DNA of 64,000 bases from Octopus sinensis (lineage: Eukaryota): positions 4,464,001 through 4,528,000 of the forward strand of contig NC_043020.1 of assembly GCF_006345805.1 (NCBI RefSeq), read 5' to 3'. Under the pieces are notes generated by a model, which did not search any database, had not been told where the DNA came from, and saw nothing but the letters and a program-made list of their open reading frames with translations. This document shows positions 39,901 to 51,316 of this stretch, one piece after another. A program made the position numbers and the translations under genes. Position 1 is the stretch's first letter. Every line of letters starts with the position of its first letter.

Positions 39901-42900
39901 TATATTTAGGAGCGCATAGGAAGTACTGTGCCCTTTTCTTAAGTCAGTATGGTGTGACTTGAGGAAATTTGGTTGCCATTCCTAGTGGATAAGGTGACCA
40001 CTTAAAGGCTCCTTTATTGACTTGTCATTACATTGTCTCTTGTTTGTGTTTGATGTTTCTCATTAGAAGATAACAGTAATTGCATGGGGTAAGCTGAGTG
40101 GGAGGAGCAATAGGGTTAGATATTCAGCTGGTAAAACAACATGCAAACATGTAAATTTATAGGTAACTTATTCAACTCAAACCAAATGCCTGACCCTCTT
40201 CTCACTGTTTGACACACTCCCTCACTCACACTCTACTTTTCACTGTATTGCTCAAATTTAAAGTCAAGTTTGTTTCTTTTTTTATGAGCCTAGCAGACAG
40301 GCCATTATTTACTGCATTTACTACTAACTTTCTTGTGTTGGTTGCATCTATTTGTTAGTTAAGTAGATTGTGGCAGTCAATGTAATATACCTTACACTTG
40401 TCAAAGAACACAACACAATGATTATAGTTGCAATATTTTTGAGTTCTTAGTTCTACTATCATTATAAACTATTTCAGCAGTGAAATGTTGCTTGAAGTCT
40501 ATGTATTAGCCATAGCAGACTGAGACAGTAGTTTAAATTAGAACAAGAAAGAGGCATGGCAGATTTACTATGCAAGGCTATTGAATGTGGAGAACAAATG
40601 GAATAAAGAGCGTCTCCCTCATGTGAGCCCAACAGAGGGATCAGCTATCCTAGTAGACAGCAGTATGGTAGATAAGGCAATTAAAGATAAGAAAACGGAA
40701 ATTTTTCATCTGGAATTGCTACTGAGATGCTCAAAATATCCAATAAGGTAAGATACAGGTTAACCATCTGCATAGTTAATCGGGTTATTCATGAAAGCGT
40801 AATACCCAGTGACTTGTGTAGCAGCATTATTGTTTGCTACTATAAGAGTAAGGGAGATGTCATAGATAGAAGCAATTACAGAGGCATCAAACTCTTGCAC
40901 CAGGTGGTGAAAATTACAGAGAGAATTATAGCTTAATAGATTAAGAGCAGAATTAGACTAGAAGAAATGCGGTTTTGCTTTTACCCTGGGAGCAACACTA
41001 ATGATGCTATTTTCATAGTCAGGTAACTGCAAGAGAAGTACTTAGCTAAGAATAGACCATTATACTTGACATTTGTTGATCTAGAGAAAGCCTTCAAAAG
41101 TGTACCCTGCTGTGATATGGTGGGCTCTGATGAGGCTATGGGTAGACAAGTAGCTTGTGAAAGCTGTACAGGCCATGTACAGAGACTCTGTCAGTAAAGT
41201 GAGAACTAACCATGCTTTCACTTTACAGCACAGAATTTGGTATAAAGGTAGGTGTTCATCAAGGCTCAGTCCTCAGTCCCCTCCTGTTCATCACTGTCCT
41301 GCAGGCCATAATGGGAATCCAAACACAGCAGCTCCAAGGAACTATTATATGCTGATGATCTTGCTCTTGACAGATTCTGTATCAGAGCTAGAAAAGAAAT
41401 TTTAGGTATAGAAGCAAAATCTGGAATTGAAGGGTCTTAGGGTTAACTTAGCAAAGACTAAGATCTTAGTAACAAGAAAACAGTCAGGATCCTAGACAGG
41501 ACCCTACCTGCTCCAGGTAAGTGGCCTTGTCCGATTTGTAGGAAAGATATAGTCAGGAATTCCATTCAGTGTACCCAGTGTAAGCTATGTACACAAGTGG
41601 TGTAGTGGAATAATAGGAAAGTTATCAGAGAAAATAATGTTTGTAAGTAGAAATGCACAGGAGCCATAAAAACTACAGATACTTGAGAAATTTTTTTTTT
41701 TCAAATATCCCAGAGGCTCATTAGAGATACATCTTTAAAAAAAACTACCTGTTAAAGTTCTTAATCTTTTCTTTTATCCCTATTTCAGAACCCGAGCAAG
41801 CCCCATTTCAATCATTACTTGTTTGAAAGTATTTGTGTCATGGTGCGAGTTGCTAGTCGAGTCAACCCAACAGCAGTGACCACTTTTGAAGGGGCTCTCT
41901 TCGCTCCATTTACTGAGATCCTACGACAAGACGTACAAGGTAGGCAGGCATAACTATTGTAATGTTGCAGTATATTGTTGCAATATTACACTGTATTCGT
42001 GTTGCAGCATATTGATGCTGGAGAATTAATATTGATGAAATATTTTATAACAACAAAATTTTACACCAGCAACAATAGCCTGACTTCTCAGAACGTCAGG
42101 CTGTTGTTATAGGTGTGATATGTGCAGACATTTATGCACATATACAGATATATGTACACTTGTATATATGCATATACTTAATAAAAGAAGAACCATACGT
42201 AATACCTTAATATTCAGATGTCTGAGATGAGTTGTTTATAAAATTATAATTTTCCACACTATTAATCTCATATTTCAGGTCTGTATTGAATATTTACATC
42301 TACACAACCTTTTGATTAATTTTCATTTCCACTCATCAGGTGTCTTATTTGTAGGTCTATACAGAATACAACTTCATTTCATCATCGCTTTGTGTCCACT
42401 TCCCATGCTGGCATGAATTGGACAGGCTATCACATTACAAGTCACTTCTTACATGGAGTTACTACCCTACTAGTTGGCATGGTTTCTATGGTCATATGCC
42501 CTTCCTGTCATCAACTGCTTTACAGAGGGGAATAGGTATATTTTTATCATGGCACTGACATCATGAAATGCACCCTGTAGACTATGTTAAATGGTATCAC
42601 TTGTTCCATTAATTAGTGTACTAGAAAGTTCAGGAAATGATTCTGCTTGTTTTTGTTCATGCAGTGATATGAGGATGTGACCTTTAGGCCATTTAACATT
42701 TGGGTGGTTAAAGTCACCCAGGAGGTGTATATTTATGTGCTGGTCCAGATTGGTCAGTATGTCTTCAATGCATCTGAGGCTCACCTCATATTTATTGTCA
42801 TGTTTTGGGGCATTTGGTGGGTGATATAATGTGCGTATTACCACATCAAGTTGTTTAAATGCATTATGAGTGTGTCACAGATCGAGTTTGAATGTAACCA

Positions 42901-45900
42901 CAGGATTAATGGTGTAACATCTCCATGGAGGTACATTGCAACTTGACTGTGATATCATTCTCTTCTGTCTGTACAGGACAGAACATATTCTGGTATGTTT
43001 ACCTCCACCTGCATTTATAAGAAGCCTCTGATGTTTATCAGTTGAATTGGCAACATGTATGGCTTGGCTGTAAAGCTGGACTCTTCCCCCACCCTAGTCT
43101 TATTTGTGGCAGTCTTTGTGTGTGTGTGCATAGTTTAATGTTATTTGTAACCATGACAGGCTGCTGCACTATGTTGCTTTACTCCTACAGCAGCAAATGC
43201 ACCTACATATAGCTTTTTGATGGTCTCCTTAACTGCAGACATTGTGGATTTTGGATTTCCTTGAGTATGATTTCATTTTATCTTGTTGGATAAGTGGGAA
43301 GTCGTTTATTACCTTGAGTTTCACTTTGCTTGGGCTTGGATGTGCAAAGTGGCAGTTTGCCCCCATCTCTCCATGCCAGCATGCACCTTTGATGTAGAAT
43401 TTGCAGCTGGTTTGTGTTTCATGTACTGTTTTCTTTTTCCTTTTGCTTTTGGTAGTTATAAAATGAGAATTCAGTTTCATTAATCTTTTGCCTAGTTCCT
43501 TTTCCTTCACTGTTCTGAGAGGTGGCATTGCTTCTCTTGGAAGCTTCAGTTTCTTTTTCAGTTTGTACACCTCTGGATATTTTCAGTAATAAATACAGAT
43601 CTGGTTGCATTCTGTATTGGAATTTTTGTTATGTATATATCAGTATGAAGGGAATTGAGTAAGTAATTATGTAGTGCATATGTTTCAAAAGAATTGCCAA
43701 CCAGAAGTTATGTAACTTTAAGGTAATACATAGATGTTCAGTGTTCCTTCTTTTTGGGTACTTTTCTATCTGTTTTTTAGAAGCTCGTTGTTGAATAGAA
43801 TTCAGTTTCAGAAATCAGAAAAATAATTTCTGTAGTTTCAGCAGTTAAATGGGGGTGGGTGAGTGCATAGCTTGGACAAGTGACCAAGCCATGCACTCAT
43901 CCACCATTTGTGGTGATTTGTCACAGTGAGCATATTGCATGCAGTTTCCTATACAAATAGAAACTCATGAATTTGTAATGATCCTTTTGTTTTTGGGACA
44001 GCATGCTACAGGGGGACTGTAACTTGTGTGTCATTCAACAAAGACCAAGCCAGATGATGGCAATTGTTGAAGAACACAAGATGTTCATAGGACTTGTGTT
44101 CATTCATCAAAATGTTGGAAGTGCCCTTGGAGTTGTAGGTATTGATTGCATCTGAAGATTCTGGTGACATTTTCAAATGGTTTTACTTCAAGAAGTGTAA
44201 GCAAATGTATGTAGTGATTGGCAGGAAGCCTGTGGGAAAACAGGCTTGGGATAAATTTAGTTCAAGCAATACACACATCCAAAATTTGTGACTTTGCACC
44301 TATGAGGTGGGATCAAAAGTTCCAAGATTAGTTATGTTTAATAAAAAATAACTTACCTAAGTTTTAACATTATCTCCTTCGAAATAGTAACCATGAACAA
44401 GAATGACATGATGTGTGTACTCGTTGACAATATAATCCATCCTAGAGTTGTTAAAATAAATACCATTTGAGCTCTAGAATTGTTGTAATCGACTAGCCTT
44501 CTCCCCCAAAATTACTGGCTCTGTGCCAAAATTTGAAATATCATTATTATAGCTATTTTATTTTCCTTGTCTAATTCTCTCCTGATTTTTTTTTCAGAAT
44601 TTGTGCCGTATGTCTTCCAAATCCTGTCCATGTTGATAGAACTACAGCAGAACGAACTGGCTCCCTATATGGCTCTCTTTCCCCACCTTCTAGTGCCAGT
44701 ACTTTGGGAACGTCCTGGCAATATCCCTCCACTTGTCCGATTGCTACAGGCTATTATACAGAAAGGGGCCAAACAAATTGAACCTGATAAACTGGTAACT
44801 ACATCATCATCACCATCTTTCAACATTCGTTGTCCATGCTGGCATGGGTTGAACGATCTGACCAGGGTTGGTAAGCTGTGGGGGCTGCACCAAACTCCAC
44901 TCTGATTTAGCATAGTTTCTACTGCTGGATGCCCTTCCTAATGCTAACCTCTCCAAGTGAGTGCTTTTACATGCCACTGGCATGGGTGCCAATTGTGTGA
45001 CACCAGTATCTGCCACGACTATGATTTAACTTGGCTTGATGGGTTTTCTTCTCAAGCACAGCATATTGCCAAGGGTCTTGGTCATTTGTCATAGCCTCCA
45101 TGAGGCCCAACACTTGAAAGGTACTTTTTACATGTCACCAGCTCAGGTGCTAGTTATGCGCCATCATCATCATCATCAATGAGCATAAGAATAATTTTCA
45201 TCTTTGTATTCTGCAACCTTTTCATTTCTCTTACTAGGTCTTGATATTTTTTCATTTTCTTGGCTTGTTAGCTGGTATTCTGTGGTGTTTCCCAGTCAGC
45301 AGTCTTACAGCGTGTCCTTTGGCCTCTATTAGCATATCTTGTCCCTTTGATCCAACATCATTGTCAGTTTCTATTATTGTTGTTCTTGTTATCATCATCA
45401 TTATTGGGTTGGCAAAACAGAGCATGGAAATATGCTTGCAGTATTTCTTTTGGCTGTTTACATTCTGAGTTCAAATCATGAGATCAACTTTGCCTTTCAT
45501 CCCTTTGTGGTCAATAAACTGAAGGACCTGTCCTGTAGTAGGGTTGTTGGTATTGACAAGCACCCATGCCTCAGAATTGTTGATCTTGTACCTAAATTAG
45601 AAGCAATTATTAGGGCTGGCAAATTGGTGGAGCTGTTAGCATAATGGTAAAAATTCTTGGCAGTACTTACTCCCAACTCTTTAAATTCTGGTACAGTTCC
45701 CAGTGTATAACTTTTACAACCTGGTCATGACTCCATTTCTTATATTCTTCCAGTGCCAACTTGGGACATTCTGTCACAATGTGTGCCATCGTTTCATTCC
45801 AAGATCCACAGGGTCTACATTTTTCTGACACATTCTCTCCATGTATATTTTTTTCTCAAGTTGTTTGGTTTTATCACTTGATCTTAAGCTGCTACGATAA

Positions 45901-48900
45901 TTATTATCATTATTATTATTGAGTGAGAGAGCAGTGCATGCCATCAAAGTGACACTGGAGTAAAATATACGAATCCCAATATACCAATCATGACTACCTG
46001 TCTGATAAGGGTAAGCCAGGCATATACACCACAATTGTATGTGCACGACATGGTAATCTTATATCAAGATAAACAGCGCATGATCTTGCAGGTGGGGCCC
46101 AGTTAGAATTTTCTTCAGGTCAAGTAGCCTATCCCACTCAAAAAGTCCCTTTGAATGAAGCACCCATGTTTCCAAAGGTGAATTATCCAAACCCCAAAGA
46201 ACTGCTCTCAATACATGGCTATGACGCTCCTCTACTACTTCTGCTCATGATCAAAGATGCTCATTTTGTCAGATGCTCATGTGGAAGATGTTCAGGAGCA
46301 ATAAACACTGAAAATGCTCTGAGACCAACTTCTGCCACATTCCAGGGAGAAAAACTAGAAATAGTTGATAGCTTCCGTTACCTAGGTGACCAAGTCAGTA
46401 GTGGGGGAGGGTGCACTGGAAGTGTAGCTGCTAGAATAAGAATAGCCTGGGCAAAGTTCAGAGCACGCTTACCTCCGCTGGTGACAAAAGGCCTCTCGCT
46501 CAGAGTAAAAGGTAGACTGTATGACACGTGTGCGAACAGCCATGCTACATGGCAGTGAAACATGGGCCGTAACTGCTGAGGACATGCATAAGCTTGCAAG
46601 GAATGAAGCCAGTATGCTCCAATGGATGTGTAATGTCAGTATGCATACTCAACAGCATCAGATGTGGTGTGCGAGAGAGACAACTGTGCTGGTATGGTCA
46701 TGTGGTGAGAATGGATGAGGATAGCTGTGTGAAAAAGCGCCACACCCTAGTGGTTGAGGGAACCTGTAGAAGAGGTAGACCCAGGAAGACCTGGGGTGAG
46801 GTGGTGAAGCACGACCTTCAAACAGTAGGCCTCACCAAGGCAGTGACTAGTGATTGAAACATTTGGAAATATGCTGTGCTTGAGAAGACCCGGCAAGCCA
46901 AGTGAAACCATAACCTGTGGCCTATGTCAGGGGTGTAACCAGCCCACTCATGTGTACCTTTCTTTCATTGGACGCTAAATTCTGCTTGCAAAGACCTGTT
47001 GAGGCAAGTGTAATCGAAATTGGAATCAAATTCGATGACTGGCATCCGTGCTAGTGGAGCGCTAAGAGCACCATCCGAGAGTGATCGTTGCCAGAGCAGC
47101 TGACTGGCTTCCGGTGGCACATAAAAAGCACCGTTCGAGTGTGATCGTTACCAGCATCGCCTTACTGGCACTTGTGTCAGTGGCATGTGAAAAAACATTT
47201 GAGTGAGGTCATTGCCAGAGCTGCTGGACTGGCTCCTGTGCAGGTGGCACGTAAAAAACACCATTTGAGCGTGGCCGTTTACACTAACCCCTGACTGGCC
47301 CTTGTGCTGGTGGCACGTAAAAGCTCCCACTACACTCTCGGAATGGTTGGCATTAGGAAGGGCATCCAGCTGTAGAAACTCTGCCAGATCAGATTGAAGC
47401 CTGGTGCAGCCATCTTGTTTGCCAGTCCTCAGTCAAGTCATCCAACCCAAGATTATAACTTCTTCATACAACCTTATTCATCCATATGCATTGCATATCC
47501 ATCTCGTATTTTAGTCATGTCTCTTGAGTTGAAATCTTGCCCTGGTCAACTTTGTTTTATTCTCTAACTTCAATAAAATAAGTACCAACTTCTGTGTCTG
47601 TCTGTAAGCAGTCACAATCAACTATACGCTTGAACCTAGCACTGCACAATGGCCTAAATTCAATGATTAAAACTAGTAAAATATAAAAATTTCTTTACAC
47701 CTCTTCAAATTGGTTGTTAGCAAGATTTCCAGTAGACGGTTTTTATGTAATTTACAAATTCTTTATTATAGTTGATGGTGACATTTCACTGTTTTATTTC
47801 TTCTTCCAGAATGGTTTGTTGGGAGCTTTCCAGAAACTGATTGCTTCCAAAGCCAATGACCATGAAGGGTTTTACCTCCTCAATTACATCATAGAATTCC
47901 TTCCACAGTAAGTAATGTGCCTCTCTCTTCCTATCCTCTCTCCTACTGTTTGCTATTTCTTTTTCTCCCCCTCCCCTTCCTTCTTCCGCTTCTATTTACA
48001 TTCCTCTCTCAAGAAGTATTGCTCTTCACTCTCTTCTTTCTGTTTATCTTTCTTTCTCATTTCCCCCACCTCTTTATCCCACTCGCTTTCTCTCTCTTTC
48101 TATTTATAATATAAACTAGTTTATATTCTTTTGAATATGTAAGTGTTGCTCTTTTCTGTGCTAACTTATTTCCACAGTCACTCATGAGAATTAGCATATA
48201 TGAAACTAATAAGTATGAGGAGGATGTCTGGTTGTGGGGGTGTTCTGTTGTGTACATAACACAGTTTACCCACATGCACCATACCACACTGCATCATACA
48301 CTGTATCATAACAACATATAGGTGACACTCCATTGGTTACAGCGACGTGGATTCCAGTTCATCTGATCGATGGAACAGCCTGCTCGTGAAATTAATGTGG
48401 AAGTGGTTGAACACTCCACAGACATGTGTACCCTTAATGTAGTTCTTGGGGGAGGATTCAGTGTGACATAGAGTGTGACAAGGCTGGCCCTTCGAAATGC
48501 AGGTGACACAGAAACAGGAAGAAAGAGCAAGAGAATGTTGTGAAAGAGTACAGCAGGGTTCGCCACCACCCCCTACCGGAGCCTTGTGAAGCTTTAGGTG
48601 TTTTTGCTCAATAAACACTCAATTCTTTAAAAGCACACTCAATCTGATAAGCTTCAAGAGAGTTTTCATTCCCCCAATTTCACTTGGGTCAGACCACCCT
48701 TATGTCAGGTACTGTGCAAATGATTAAACCTTGGATTAATTTGATCATGATTGCACTTACACCAACATACACCTCTCTTTTATATACATACTAGCAATGC
48801 ATCCCAGCATTGCCAGGGTTTATGACCTTCAAGCACATTGTATTATTTGCTCCTTTCTTATGGGCAGAACTGGCACAGCTGATACATAGTTAATGGAATA

Positions 48901-49154
48901 ATGGAAGTTATTGTTTGTTTAATAGTGTAGGATGAAGGTACAATTTGCATGAAAGTGCTTTCTGTTCTTATGAAGGATCAGATACTATGTATTGTTTTAT
49001 TGTATAAAAGGGGGTTAATATGATTTTGTCCAGAAATCACATTTTCTATATCTAAATTTCCCCCTATCCCCATTGCAGTTTCTTAATTTGTAACCTTTTT
49101 TTCGAATTTTTTTGTTATCTACATAGAAAAATACTGAGATTACAAATCTGGGAA

Positions 49155-49186
<32 letters not shown>

Positions 49187-50460
49187 ACATATTTTTTATA
49201 GTTTAATTCTTCTTAAAGAAACATTCAGTGCCCCTTCTTCCAGCTTACCCACCCAACACCTACCAGCTTTCAAAAAGCTAAAATCTCCCAATCTTTCACT
49301 TTTGACTGATGTTTCCTGCATGCGTAGAATTCTACTGAAATAGTAGACTTAAAAAATACCAGACCACCACCAGAAAACCTGACATGCTAGAAAAAACAGG
49401 TAAACGAACATTATTTCTGAATACACACACATGTATTAGATTATCAAGTTGAAAATATTGGTAATTGCATAAACAAGGTGTGGAAGCATATAAGCATATA
49501 GAAACAAGTGAGCAAATAAGCAGATTGTCAATAAAGCGAATGGGTGTGCAAATGCTAATTCCTTATGGCTGTTTCTGCCAAGAAGCAACAATCTTCTAGG
49601 TTATTTCCATCTCTTCAGTGTTATGCAGGGATGAGCAGATAAGGCTTGGATAATGAATGTGCCCCTAGGTACCAGAGTATATCAATGAGAGAAAGCAAAC
49701 CATTGATATACATTTATTTTTACCATTCTGATTGTACTTTTTAATTTACTTTTATTTTTGCTTTTCAGAGATGTCATCTCCCCATACATCAACCAAATCT
49801 TTATGCTTCTATTCCAACGTCTTCAGAGTTCTAAAACAACCAAATATATCAAGAGTAAGTTACCATGTTCTTCAGGAAGGCTTGCCAACTATTTATTCTG
49901 CAAGCTTGTTGCCTGGAACTGCTTCTGTCATCACATTTGTGCAATAAAATAACTTTTTAGAATTCCCTTGCCCCTACTGCAGTCGGGTTTTGTTGAAGAG
50001 TAAGGGTGAGGTAAAACTAATAGCTTTAATTTTTTTTTGTCGTGCTAAGAAGATTGTATGTGAGTGTTCTCCATTGTGAAGATTCATCATCATCATTTTT
50101 TTGTTTGCTTTCCAATTTTGGCTAGATTTCAAGCATGATCTTGAGGCAGTATTCCATGCCTTTTCCCTTGCCAATCCTTGCTTTTTAAGTAAAATACTTT
50201 TATTCTACTGGCCAGATTATGAAATTGATGAAACCACTGAGACATAGAATGTGTTGTTTATGGGAGACATAAGCAGGTGACTCATTGCTTGAGCTGTGCA
50301 TATCTTTATAGTTTTAATGAGAGAATGTGGAATAGCATTCGCACCCATATATATAACAGTTGCTTCCCAACCATATGGTTTCAGGTTCAGGCCCACACTT
50401 TGGTACCTTGAGCAAGCAGACAGAAGCCTATCGAGCATATGTATGTGTATGTATAATAAA

Positions 50461-50505
<45 letters not shown>

Positions 50506-51087
50506 GTATGTATTCAAATATTAATTTTAATAATAAAGGGTAAAATCAATAATGATTTTACCAGGTAGCCAGTGCGGAAATAAAAACCTTATAGATGAAT
50601 TTTACAAAATATTTTATAATTATATACATGATTATAACAAGGGGTTGGATTTATGCTTCACCACTCACTGTAAGAAATAGATACTAAAGTCCTTCTTACC
50701 ACTTTAAAATCTCTGAGAATAGCACACTTTATTGTAGGCAAACAAAAGAAAAATAATGAATCAATAAGGATGGTTAACTATGAAAGTGTTTTAAACTTAA
50801 AGTAAAAAATGATGTTACTTACTGTTTCTCATCAGCATAGTATTCAGTATAAGTTTACAAGTATTTCAAAATATGCATGCGATCGGCATCATCGCATGTC
50901 CAATAGCTATCCACATTCATAAAGATATACCTCCGAGTATAATTCATATCTTTCTTTTGGTTGCCTACAATAAAGTGTGTTATTCTTGGAGATTTTAAGG
51001 TGATCTTATGGTGCGTGGTGAGGCTTAAAGCCGAACCTTTGTTATAATTATTTATATAACTATAAAATATTTATATATACATATATA

Positions 51088-51122
<35 letters not shown>

Positions 51123-51135
51123 TTGTATATATATA

Positions 51136-51166
<31 letters not shown>

Positions 51167-51285
51167 GTGTGTGTATATGTATGTATATATGTATAAGTGT
51201 ATGTGTGTGTGTGTGTATATGTATGTATATATGTATAAGTGTGTGTGTGTGTGTGTGTATATGTATGTATATATGTATAAGTGTA

Positions 51286-51316
<31 letters not shown>

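Noticed and set aside
42268-42345. CTGATGA...GAAA on the minus strand
   Set aside because: No convincing stems I-III or NUH.
49766-49770. Tandem acceptor CAGAG at exon 18
   Set aside because: The second AG shifts the frame by 2 nt; no evidence of use.
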